IMG/VR virus record: IMGVR_UViG_3300020045_000872
Location: 1-63,077 of that record
DNA from: a virus
Taxonomy: Duplodnaviria; Caudoviricetes
DNA: 63,077 nt
Strand: one strand, 5' to 3'
A program made the translations under genes and the position numbers. The notes beneath the pieces were generated by a model, which was not told the origin of the DNA, searched no databases, and saw only the letters and a list, made by a program, of their open reading frames with translations. Within the stretch, counting starts at the first letter, position 1; each line of letters opens with the position of its first letter. Below, piece after piece: positions 35,255-43,636 of the stretch.

Positions 35255-35449
35255 TTATTGGTATCGACGCATAGCGTCTTCTAAGTCCCGCATGATACCC
35301 TCTTTCTCAATCATTTGCAAGACCCTTGTTGAATAATCTAGCGGGGTTTCATGGTTGCCCTGCGAAAGCGTGATATTAAGCTCACGCATCACTGCCTGAC
35401 GTTCACTAACTCGAAGCTTGAAGAAGCTGTGCACAATTTGTCGATTCAT
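35255..35449 (-). CDS. hypothetical protein
   Basis: 64 aa. Confidence 0.65.
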   Translation of the reverse strand: MNRQIVHSFFKLRVSERQAVMRELNITLSQGNHETPLDYSTRVLQMIEKEGIMRDLEDAMRRYQ

Positions 35450-35670
35450 TTGTATACCCCATTTTTATATTTTAAGACAAGGTGCATTCGCTGACAATGG
35501 TAGTCTACAGGAATACCGTGTTTATAGATAGGGTCACCATTACCTCCAGCTAGGAAGCACGCTGTCTCCTGTATCCTCCGCTGATCAACAGCTAGGGTGT
35601 ACATACCAGCATAGGCAGTCCCAGCCATAATAGAAGCAAATAGCACCCAACCGAGTATTTCCTTGATCAC
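35446..35670 (-). CDS. small membrane or secreted protein
   Basis: N-terminal hydrophobic segment. Confidence 0.65.
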   Translation of the reverse strand: MIKEILGWVLFASIMAGTAYAGMYTLAVDQRRIQETACFLAGGNGDPIYKHGIPVDYHCQRMHLVLKYKNGVYK

Positions 35671-35906
35671 TCTATTTCACCAATCAGTAGTGTATTCGAA
35701 GTTTTGTCATACTCCCACATTACAGGGTATAAGTCAACATAATCCTTCGCCCAATCATAGGTGGCCATTGGATCAAATGCCACAGTAGTACACCAACCAC
35801 CTTGTTCGTAGTATCCGCTACCACTAGTATGCCGTAGACATTCCACCTTGGCATCTTGAGGTATGGTTTTCAACCACTCAATCATTTCCGCCACGGTAAC
35901 TTGCAT
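35667..35906 (-). CDS. hypothetical protein
   Basis: 79 aa. Confidence 0.7.
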   Translation of the reverse strand: MQVTVAEMIEWLKTIPQDAKVECLRHTSGSGYYEQGGWCTTVAFDPMATYDWAKDYVDLYPVMWEYDKTSNTLLIGEIE

Positions 35907-36118
35907 GGTAAGTCCTCCAAGAATACGACGATTGAGTCAGCAAATTCCAAGCTCGCCTTGGCATTGTCTGCCATCTTGATAAACTCCTTCTGCAACATAG
36001 CATCACGCGGAGAATGGTAACACTTTAACTCAGTTGTGCCAGCCTGACGTAGGGCACGCTCAATTTGGTCGAGAGTACGGTATAGATCGCGTACAGCAAT
36101 TTCTTTGGGGTCTGTCAT
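35882..36118 (-). CDS. hypothetical protein
   Basis: 78 aa. Confidence 0.65.
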   Translation of the reverse strand: MTDPKEIAVRDLYRTLDQIERALRQAGTTELKCYHSPRDAMLQKEFIKMADNAKASLEFADSIVVFLEDLPCKLPWRK

Positions 36119-36126
36119 AAATCACC

Positions 36127-36348
36127 TCAGAAGTATTTAGTGTCAGGGTGCACGATAAAACCCTCGTACTCGTCGTACAGCTCACGGATAGACATACGCA
36201 ATTCATCTTCGTCTTCCATCAAACCGAAGTATACGTCTTCCAGGACAAGCTCCCCGTCAACCCAAACATCAATAGTTGACGTGCTATCTGAACAGCACCC
36301 ACAAGTTTCTGTCCAACTATCATATGTATATTTGATTACTATGCTCAT
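36127..36348 (-). CDS. acidic hypothetical protein with CGCC motif
   Basis: 73 aa. Confidence 0.7.
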   Translation of the reverse strand: MSIVIKYTYDSWTETCGCCSDSTSTIDVWVDGELVLEDVYFGLMEDEDELRMSIRELYDEYEGFIVHPDTKYF

Positions 36349-36641
36349 AAATTCTCCTTTACCCAGGTTACTGCCCGTTTGATCATATCTCCGTGGCAGG
36401 CTTTAGGTGCACAATAACAGGCAAGACGCTTAGAGTCAAGCCCTAATAAATCTTCTTTCGTAATACTGCCACTCTTCATAAAGTTCCACAGCAGCTTACC
36501 AAATTTAGCCACCACTTCTTCTCTGGTGCCATCCTCACCTATAATGTAGGGATTGCCCCACATACTTCCTCGCCCAATGTAGACAATGTCAGGGTCACCC
36601 ATATTTACTCTATATCTGTTAACTACTGTACACATATACAC
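36345..36641 (-). CDS. DUF4326-like protein
   Basis: VYIGRGS.WGNP...L.C.C.P..CHGD. Confidence 0.85.
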   Translation of the reverse strand: MYMCTVVNRYRVNMGDPDIVYIGRGSMWGNPYIIGEDGTREEVVAKFGKLLWNFMKSGSITKEDLLGLDSKRLACYCAPKACHGDMIKRAVTWVKENL

Positions 36642-36934
36642 CCCCTCCTAAACGAGTTTCGTAGTGTTGAGGCAAACCAATCCCAAGACTCGCCATACAA
36701 GCTAATGCCTGCCTAAGACGTGTCTTTGGGTTTGCCTCCACGTTCTCTCCTAAACTGAGATCGTTCGTTGGCGTCATGTGACGCTACAGGCTGAGAGCCT
36801 TCCCCTTAAAAGGGTAATCGCCAGATTGTTCTCTCACTAAACCTCAATTGCTCCACTGGCATCCTCTTCATAGAGCGTACATCCGTAAGTCGGTGAGTGA
36901 GCACTAGCTGACATATCTCCCCTACGACGACTGA

Positions 36935-36995
36935 ATGGTAACACGAAATCTTTTCCTGTCAAGGGGCTTGACATTGTGGGTGGAGTCTATAGAAT
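36935..36995. promoter_or_regulatory. back-to-back divergent sigma70-like promoters
   Basis: - strand TTGACA(36957-36962)-16-TACCAT; + strand TTGACA(36968-36973)-16-TAGAAT. Confidence 0.75.
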
Positions 36996-37027
36996 GAGCC
37001 ACATCAAAACGAATCAGGAGTTACGGG

Positions 37028-37171
37028 ATGAAATACGCAGTATGCAAACCACCAGCAGAGCAGCCTAAACCTCTATCCGCTGGCCAGATTAAGAGAGGCG
37101 AATCCAAGCGAAACAACCAAGTCAGGAAGGTCGTCAAATGGGCGTCTGCTGAAATGTCAGTAGGGATGTAA
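37028..37171 (+). CDS. 47-aa basic peptide (MKYAVCKPPAEQ...)
   Basis: AGGAG RBS downstream of the + strand promoter; not in the ORF track. Confidence 0.6.
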   Translation: MKYAVCKPPAEQPKPLSAGQIKRGESKRNNQVRKVVKWASAEMSVGM

Positions 37172-37323
37172 AATGTACGAGTTGTCAAGCTTTACACCCT
37201 ATAAAGGTGAGTCGTTGAAAGAAAATGAAATAGTGCTTGCATGGAGTGTCAAGACAGGCTACTATTTCTCCCAGTTGAGCAACGTGCCAACTGAACATAA
37301 AATCATTGCAAAGGAGATTTAAA

Positions 37324-37680
37324 ATGGCTAAAGTAGTTATCGCAAACGCAGTAGTAGCTGGTGCAACCATCGCCCAACGTCTGACCGAGCTGAATGTCGG
37401 CTACGACAAGGCGCTGTTCGATGCTGTAGGTGATCTGGCTGCTACTCTGGGCTACCTCTATCGTGGCGCTGAGATTCTGTCAGAAGCCTCTACCGCTGTA
37501 GAGAACCTAATTACCCGTGGTGAGACTCAAGACGCACTGCAAGGTATTAACCTGATCAAGAAAGGTCTGGCTGAAATGCTGAGTGAAGAAGACAGTATTC
37601 TTGAAGCTCTGTCCACCAAAGAACTAGATGCAGAGAAGGAAGCTATTGAAGCCCTACTCAAAGCCCTTGGCGCCCTATAA
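37324..37680 (+). CDS. helical hypothetical protein
   Basis: AGGAG RBS before ATG 37324; promoter TTGCAT-17-TACTAT at 37237-37265. Confidence 0.75.
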   Translation: MAKVVIANAVVAGATIAQRLTELNVGYDKALFDAVGDLAATLGYLYRGAEILSEASTAVENLITRGETQDALQGINLIKKGLAEMLSEEDSILEALSTKELDAEKEAIEALLKALGAL

Positions 37681-37683
37681 GGA

Positions 37684-38838
37684 GTGTATATGACCACTAT
37701 GAATACTGAACGTACCCTCGCACGTGTTGTGTTGATTGATGAACTGCTGCCAATTGAAGGCGCTGACCGTATTGAGTTGGCTCTCGTTGGGGGCTGGCAG
37801 GTAGTTGTCCAGAAGGGTTTGTATGTCGTTGGTGAAACCCCAGCTGTCTACTTTGAAGTGGACGCGCTGTTGGACACTGAGCGTCCATGCTTCTCTTCGC
37901 TGGCAACTCTGTCGAGCAAACTGCTCCACAATGTGGACGGTAAGACTCATGCACGTATCAAGACTATGAAGCTCCGTAAGCAGCTTTCTCAGGGCTTCTG
38001 TATCCCACTGTCTGAGACTGGCATTAAAGCTTCTGTTGGTGATGACCTCACCACTAAGCTTGGTGTTCTCAAGTATGAGAAGGCCGAAGAAAAGGCTATG
38101 AACAACGGTATTGCTGGTACTAAAACTGGTACTTCTGCTCTGGGCTTCCCAAAGTTTGTGCCAAAGACTGACCAAACTCGCGTACAGAATATCACTGCTC
38201 TGTACACCAAAGCTGTTGAGTCTGGTGAGCAGTTTGAAGAAAGCTTCAAGCTTGACGGTAGCTCGCTCACTGCGTTCGTTAAAGATGGTGTAGCTGGTGT
38301 TGCGTCTCGTAATGTAGGCTTCCGCATGGAGGACGAGAAGCGTAGCTTCATGCAGACTTTCAAAGCATTCGTGGCCCAAGTTAAGCAGCGTGGTTTTAAA
38401 GCTGCAAAGTGGGAACCAGTGATTAAGAAGGATGACAACACCTTTACTCAAATGGCCTCTAAGGCTGGTTTGATTGAAGCTATCAAATCTTCTGGCCTAA
38501 ACCTCGCTATCCAGGGTGAAATGGTGGGTCCATCCATTCAGAATAACTTTGAGGGTGTTTCTGAGAATGAGTTCTACTGCTACGACGTATTTGACATTGA
38601 CAAGCAACGCTACATGCTGCCAGTAGAGCGGCGTCTATTCTGCCTGCAACATAACGTGCAGCATGTTCCTGTTAACAGCGTGGGTGTGTTGCCTGCCACT
38701 GTAGCAGAAGCAATCGCACGTGCTGATGGTCCTAGTGGTTTGAAAGGTAAGTACCGTGAGGGTTTTGTCTACAAAGCTCTTGAGCGTGACTTCTCGTTCA
38801 AAGTGATCAGCAACGCTTACCTGTTGAAGGAAGCCTGA
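37684..38838 (+). CDS. RNA ligase (Rnl2/DRB0094-like) with N-terminal OB-like domain
   Basis: PIEGADRIE, KLDGSS, QGEMVG, REGFV, FKVIS..YL. Confidence 0.9.
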   Translation: MYMTTMNTERTLARVVLIDELLPIEGADRIELALVGGWQVVVQKGLYVVGETPAVYFEVDALLDTERPCFSSLATLSSKLLHNVDGKTHARIKTMKLRKQLSQGFCIPLSETGIKASVGDDLTTKLGVLKYEKAEEKAMNNGIAGTKTGTSALGFPKFVPKTDQTRVQNITALYTKAVESGEQFEESFKLDGSSLTAFVKDGVAGVASRNVGFRMEDEKRSFMQTFKAFVAQVKQRGFKAAKWEPVIKKDDNTFTQMASKAGLIEAIKSSGLNLAIQGEMVGPSIQNNFEGVSENEFYCYDVFDIDKQRYMLPVERRLFCLQHNVQHVPVNSVGVLPATVAEAIARADGPSGLKGKYREGFVYKALERDFSFKVISNAYLLKEA

Positions 38839-39020
38839 TATGATCCTGGCGAGCCGCAGTGGACTATTGTGTGCGTGCCGTCTTGTGAAAGATAACCCTA
38901 AATCCTGGGTTATCAATTACAATGATAAGGCATTCCCAAAAGATCAACGCATCCCTAAAGATGGTAATCGTATGTTGTTTGATACCGTTGATAAAGCACT
39001 TGAATGGATTGGTGACTAAT

Positions 39021-39209
39021 ATGGTTCAAGTAGTTAAGCTAGCAGAAGAGAAGCAAGTGGTATGCTATCAGTGTAAGACAACCCTGAGTTATAGATATAC
39101 CGACATAAGCTTCTCTCTTGAGTCAGATTATGGTGGTGGAAGGGAGCGTGTTGCTCGTATCAACTGCCCAGTCTGTGGTTGCCAGCCTCAAGTGTCATTG
39201 AATTTTTGA
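39021..39209 (+). CDS. small zinc-ribbon protein
   Basis: CYQC...CPVC; start moved to MVQVVK. Confidence 0.65.
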   Translation: MVQVVKLAEEKQVVCYQCKTTLSYRYTDISFSLESDYGGGRERVARINCPVCGCQPQVSLNF

Positions 39210-39213
39210 TATG

Positions 39214-39249
39214 AAAAAACCCCGGAGCATCACTGCTTTCGGGGTTTTA
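39214..39249. terminator. bidirectional terminator between convergent genes
   Basis: AAAAAACCCCGGAG...TTCGGGGTTTT. Confidence 0.7.
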
Positions 39250-39562
39250 TTCTTTGGGCAATATCGTCAATATCACGTTCAATCCTTTTAACGTCGTCTT
39301 CCAGTAGATCATGCCTTTTGCTCATAACAAACTGCATGCTATTTACTTGTTCTTGGAGTCCGTTGATCTTGGCTTCATATTTCCTGTCGATCACAGAGAG
39401 TTCTCTCTGGTAGTCTTGCTTGGCTACTTCTAACTCTAACTGGCCACTATTCTTGTTATATGTTGGCAATGCCAGCAGGCAAATGCAGACAAGGAGAGCT
39501 GCCAGGAGTCCCGCAATCGCAGTGACTAGAGGCCATTCTGTTTTCCTTGTCATGGCTGTCAT
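39230..39562 (-). CDS. TM plus coiled-coil protein, lysis-associated
   Basis: N-terminal TM; follows the spanins. Confidence 0.7.
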   Translation of the reverse strand: MTAMTRKTEWPLVTAIAGLLAALLVCICLLALPTYNKNSGQLELEVAKQDYQRELSVIDRKYEAKINGLQEQVNSMQFVMSKRHDLLEDDVKRIERDIDDIAQRIKPRKQ

Positions 39563-39568
39563 CCTAAG

Positions 39569-39865
39569 TTATCTTTTATTTTTCTCCAAAGAATCTACAA
39601 CTCGTTCAAGCCAACGGTTGGTTGTAGCTTGTTCGTTTCTAATAGATGTAATTCTCGTTTCCATATCAGATGATAGTCTATTAATTGCAGTATCAAGTTT
39701 GTCCTCAGTTACGATTTCAGCCTGTAGTGCATAGATTCTATCATCCAGTTTATTAATTTGTGCTTGTTGATATCCAACTACCCCCACACAAATCATCAGT
39801 AAAGCTCCTGCCACATAGCTTAACACCGATTTAATCATCGACGTTGTATCATTTACTCCCGACAT
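39569..39865 (-). CDS. TM plus coiled-coil protein, lysis-associated
   Basis: N-terminal TM. Confidence 0.7.
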   Translation of the reverse strand: MSGVNDTTSMIKSVLSYVAGALLMICVGVVGYQQAQINKLDDRIYALQAEIVTEDKLDTAINRLSSDMETRITSIRNEQATTNRWLERVVDSLEKNKR

Positions 39866-40154
39866 TATAAAGTTCCTGTTGTTCGTCCACCCACTTGTGG
39901 ATACCTTTTAGGCGATTATTACACGTCCATACTTCAAATGTATTGACCACGTATCCGTGGGCCAACGCTTCAACGGTATCTTCCTTTACACGTTCTGGTT
40001 TGCATAACACCAGCAACTCACTTGGAGGTGCAAGCACTATTGTCTTTGTCACCACTACAGTAGGCTGCGTCGAGCACGCGCATAAGCTCAGGACTAAGCC
40101 TGCTGCTATCAGCGTATTTCGTAGGAGCTTCTGTAGGCTTCTGTACGGCTTCAT
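39849..40154 (-). CDS. o-spanin lipoprotein (Rz1-like)
   Basis: Signal peptide plus lipobox LCAC; overlaps the i-spanin. Confidence 0.8.
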   Translation of the reverse strand: MKPYRSLQKLLRNTLIAAGLVLSLCACSTQPTVVVTKTIVLAPPSELLVLCKPERVKEDTVEALAHGYVVNTFEVWTCNNRLKGIHKWVDEQQELYNVGSK

Positions 40155-40440
40155 ATTTGATTACCTGTATGGTCGGGTTGGTTACCTTAGCTAACGTCTC
40201 CAGAACGCCTGTGCGTTCGTCTGACAGCACACGATTCTCACTGTTCACACCGAACACCACCTCTGAGGTGATCTTGCAGCTATCAACAGCCTTCCTGGCA
40301 TTGTCCTCAGCATCAGCAATTACTGTGTTCAATCTCAACTGCTCACTTTCGTAAACGGCCACCTTACCAACTAGGTGATAAGTGCTATAGCCAAATCCAA
40401 GTGTCATTGTCAGCAAGATAGCTAGTAAATAGTTAGTCAT
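40018..40440 (-). CDS. i-spanin (Rz-like)
   Basis: N-terminal TM, coiled coil, C-terminal Cys. Confidence 0.8.
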   Translation of the reverse strand: MTNYLLAILLTMTLGFGYSTYHLVGKVAVYESEQLRLNTVIADAEDNARKAVDSCKITSEVVFGVNSENRVLSDERTGVLETLAKVTNPTIQVIKYEAVQKPTEAPTKYADSSRLSPELMRVLDAAYCSGDKDNSACTSK

Positions 40441-40666
40441 GATTACACTCCTTTTCTAGATCATCCAGAGCTTCATCACCAAACTTACTAATTGCGTAAA
40501 GCAATCCAAACACAATAGCGTTTCCAACTAATACAGATGTACTCATTACGTTAGAAAGCAAGCCAAGCACGGCGAACGCAGCCACACAGATTGCGCACAG
40601 TATATTTGTGCCCAGTACGTAAGCTGAGAAGTATTTTCTCAGGTGTACATTTATCTTAGTTCTCAT
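40433..40666 (-). CDS. probable holin or pinholin (two TM)
   Basis: Two TMs; between endolysin and spanin. Confidence 0.65.
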   Translation of the reverse strand: MRTKINVHLRKYFSAYVLGTNILCAICVAAFAVLGLLSNVMSTSVLVGNAIVFGLLYAISKFGDEALDDLEKECNHD

Positions 40667-41216
40667 ACCAATCACCCTTATTTATATTTTCTGGAGGTAA
40701 TCTCTTATACAACTTGAATACTCTCCTGGCTTCTTCAATCGCCTGCTCATTATTTCCTAAGCAAACTTTCAATTCATCCATTCTACGGTTTGTAAGTCCT
40801 TTATATTCTTTACCACCTGCCTTATTCCATCTTGGCAGTTGTTGACAAGCAAGTGTATATTCACCTTTGTTTAGAAGTTTCAGTGCAGTGGAGTTTTTCC
40901 AATTACCTACACCAATATTATAAACTAACGAAGTGAATGCTGCTTCTTGGTAGTCAGTTAGAGGAACTTTTACGTAACGCTTCATTTCCTCATTATGTGC
41001 AACTAACTCTAAAGCTAAAGTTTCATTACACTCGTCATCCGTCTTTGGCCTAGTTCTATCCACACTGTGAGTATCCCCATAGCATTGTGTCCAAACACCA
41101 ACAACATCCTTGTATGCTGCATGCTTAAGACCTTCCCAAGGGGCAACAAGAGTTGCCCCAGCAAGGATGAGAGCACTAGACAAACCCAGACTAGCTAGTT
41201 TTGTTTTAATGTTCAA
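40656..41216 (-). CDS. SAR endolysin, GH24 lysozyme
   Basis: Ala/Gly/Ser-rich N-terminal anchor, E-x8-D-x5-T triad, YNIG, GL.NRR. Confidence 0.92.
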   Translation of the reverse strand: MNIKTKLASLGLSSALILAGATLVAPWEGLKHAAYKDVVGVWTQCYGDTHSVDRTRPKTDDECNETLALELVAHNEEMKRYVKVPLTDYQEAAFTSLVYNIGVGNWKNSTALKLLNKGEYTLACQQLPRWNKAGGKEYKGLTNRRMDELKVCLGNNEQAIEEARRVFKLYKRLPPENINKGDWYEN

Positions 41217-41219
41217 TAT

Positions 41220-42722
41220 TTAAACCCTTCCGTTAATTCTCCAGTGTACTCTTAATGTAGATTCTGTTTGTCCGTAGGTATCAACTCCCACCCTTAATGA
41301 AGTGTTAGTTGAATCCCTCCAGTACGGAGTTGCAGAGCCACCCTCAGCCCCAGAATTCTGACGTAAAGAAACTTGTACATTAAAAACTTCCAGGCAGGAA
41401 ACTGGAAGCTCAATTAAAACCTCACCACTAGTACCAGAACCCCTACTTAATACATCAGCGTAGCCCCACTGTTCGATATAACCACCTGGGTGGGTATAGT
41501 GCCCACTGTTAGCTACAAGTGAACGAGAGCCGAAGAAACTATTTAAGTCCACGGCGTGTGAGTGAGAAGTGGAGGTTACTGTGTTTGTAGAAGTAAGCCC
41601 CAGCGTACTAGGAGTTCCAAGTGCAAGCACGATGTTGTTGGTTAAGCCACCACCGCCAGCTAACCCATTGCCTGCGGTCACAGTTCTTGTATTTGGCACT
41701 GCGTTCACAATTCGAGAATCATCACCTGCTGCAACTGTACCAATAACCACCCCGACATTTCTAATTGCGGAGTCACCAAGCCCTAAGTTCGAACGTGCAG
41801 AGCTTAGGGATGGGATATCTGAAAGGTTTAATGAAGTGCGGAGGAAGTGAGTTTCTGGCAACGTGGCAGTTGTCGTAAGACCTAAATTGGCCCTTGCCAT
41901 TGGTTTATTTGCAAGGTCGTTTAAGTTGTTTACCACCTTGGCGAACGCTGTATCGGAGAATACAGCAGAAGTGCCCAGACCAAGGTTAGTCCTTGCAGTA
42001 GTTAGGTTGCCAAGCCCTGCGAGATTTCCACTCTTCTTTAAGAAAACTGTACTAGCTTTCAAAGGTGTCAAGGCTGTTAAGTCATCTGTCCCAGTCTCAG
42101 TAATTCCAATCGTGGATAATTTTACTACGCCTAGGCTAGATTCTGTTGCTTGGGATATTAAACTGGACACTTGTCCTAGACGCACAGCATGTTCAGGTTG
42201 CGTGGCGATAGCCACATTGAAGACTTGAGCAGAACTTCCATTCAAGCCAGCAAACTGAGTATTAACCTCAGCTTTTGAGTACACGGATAAACTATTCCTA
42301 GCAGCTATAATGTTACCGATTCCTGATAGTGTCTGGTAGTTTAAAATGTGTGCTGCCAAAGCATCAGACACTACTTGTACGCTGCCGAAGTCTTCGAAGG
42401 CTCTGCGCCAGTAAGCCCCGTTCAGACTGTTGGTTGGGTCTTTAGCTGTGTTAGTTGCCAAGCACTTATAGATATTACCATCACTGCCCTGAGCATAACT
42501 CAGGTTGCCCTGGTACTCTGTCAGCGTGTCCCATTCTGGGATACCATGCTGGCTAAAGTGGGCGATGGCTTGATCTTGTCTATTATCTACCCAGTTTTGG
42601 TATTCGTATGGTGGCAATTGGACTACCCACCCAATACCAACCTTTGACGTACCAGGGTCGATCTTAGTACCATTGGCTGCCCAAATGATATCAAGACCAG
42701 TTGGTTTTGTAATGTTAGCCAT
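41220..42722 (-). CDS. tail fibre protein 2
   Basis: NL.DL...AR.NLGL repeats; C-terminal G.IEQWG domain. Confidence 0.85.
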   Translation of the reverse strand: MANITKPTGLDIIWAANGTKIDPGTSKVGIGWVVQLPPYEYQNWVDNRQDQAIAHFSQHGIPEWDTLTEYQGNLSYAQGSDGNIYKCLATNTAKDPTNSLNGAYWRRAFEDFGSVQVVSDALAAHILNYQTLSGIGNIIAARNSLSVYSKAEVNTQFAGLNGSSAQVFNVAIATQPEHAVRLGQVSSLISQATESSLGVVKLSTIGITETGTDDLTALTPLKASTVFLKKSGNLAGLGNLTTARTNLGLGTSAVFSDTAFAKVVNNLNDLANKPMARANLGLTTTATLPETHFLRTSLNLSDIPSLSSARSNLGLGDSAIRNVGVVIGTVAAGDDSRIVNAVPNTRTVTAGNGLAGGGGLTNNIVLALGTPSTLGLTSTNTVTSTSHSHAVDLNSFFGSRSLVANSGHYTHPGGYIEQWGYADVLSRGSGTSGEVLIELPVSCLEVFNVQVSLRQNSGAEGGSATPYWRDSTNTSLRVGVDTYGQTESTLRVHWRINGRV

Positions 42723-42749
42723 TGTGAATCCTCTTAATCAAATTTTTAT

Positions 42750-43313
42750 TTATACACTCTTGCCATATCCATCAAATGGATTACAAGTGGTAACAAGTTG
42801 AGCAAATCCGTATTCAGCAAACTTAGAGGTCATCATCTTCCAACCTACTCGACAACGTAAATCTCTGGTTTCACTCCAAGGTAAGATGCAATAGAACTCG
42901 AAACCAATAAGCTTCTCACCTTTATGTAACTTAGCAAGATACCAGCCAGGATGTTTAGCCCTATCTGATATTGCTGGGTCACCGATAAAGGTCATTTCAT
43001 TGTTGATGTTATATGGAATAGAAGTCAACTTGTTATAGCCGTAAAGCTTGTTACGCCACATCCATTGGACACGGTTAACATAACCTTTATACCCGGTTGT
43101 GGTATTGGGGAAGAAAGCCCCCTTCTCCACAAAGCTTTCATCACCTTGTGGCGGGTTATCATATGTACCCCACCAACCTCCCCAAGTATAGATAGGGAGG
43201 TCTTGCGGCATAGCCTTGGTAAACAAGGCTATAACTTGTGGAACTACCAATAAGCTTGGAAGCAGAATGATAAGTTTAAATAGGGTTAGTAAAAGCCATT
43301 TAATATATATCAT
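42750..43313 (-). CDS. hypothetical protein in the tail-fibre locus
   Basis: Hydrophobic N-terminus; W.TYDN...W.WRN. Confidence 0.7.
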   Translation of the reverse strand: MIYIKWLLLTLFKLIILLPSLLVVPQVIALFTKAMPQDLPIYTWGGWWGTYDNPPQGDESFVEKGAFFPNTTTGYKGYVNRVQWMWRNKLYGYNKLTSIPYNINNEMTFIGDPAISDRAKHPGWYLAKLHKGEKLIGFEFYCILPWSETRDLRCRVGWKMMTSKFAEYGFAQLVTTCNPFDGYGKSV

Positions 43314-43636
43314 AGTGAGTCCGGTGCCTTTGGGCGATATTCTTGAGCTGGGAACTGTAAATGCTCTGGCCAGTTACGAAGTTCAACCCGGTATTGACGC
43401 CAAGCTGTGACAGTGCCCACGCCACACCCATCTTGAACTTTGTTTAGTTCAATATCAGCCCTGGACAACTCCGCATCACGCCATGGCCGCTCAACACCCT
43501 CAATCATGCTTGGAGGGTTTAGGTGAGAAAAAACCTCACCCTCGTCCATTTCAATAACATCCTTTGCTAAGCCTGCTGCTACTTGATCCTCGTCAAAAGC
43601 AAATACAACTCCATCTTGCGATTTAAAATATTTCAT
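43310..43636 (-). CDS. tail fibre assembly chaperone
   Basis: ER.WRD.EL...W..YR..LR.WP....FP....RP. Confidence 0.8.
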   Translation of the reverse strand: MKYFKSQDGVVFAFDEDQVAAGLAKDVIEMDEGEVFSHLNPPSMIEGVERPWRDAELSRADIELNKVQDGCGVGTVTAWRQYRVELRNWPEHLQFPAQEYRPKAPDSL

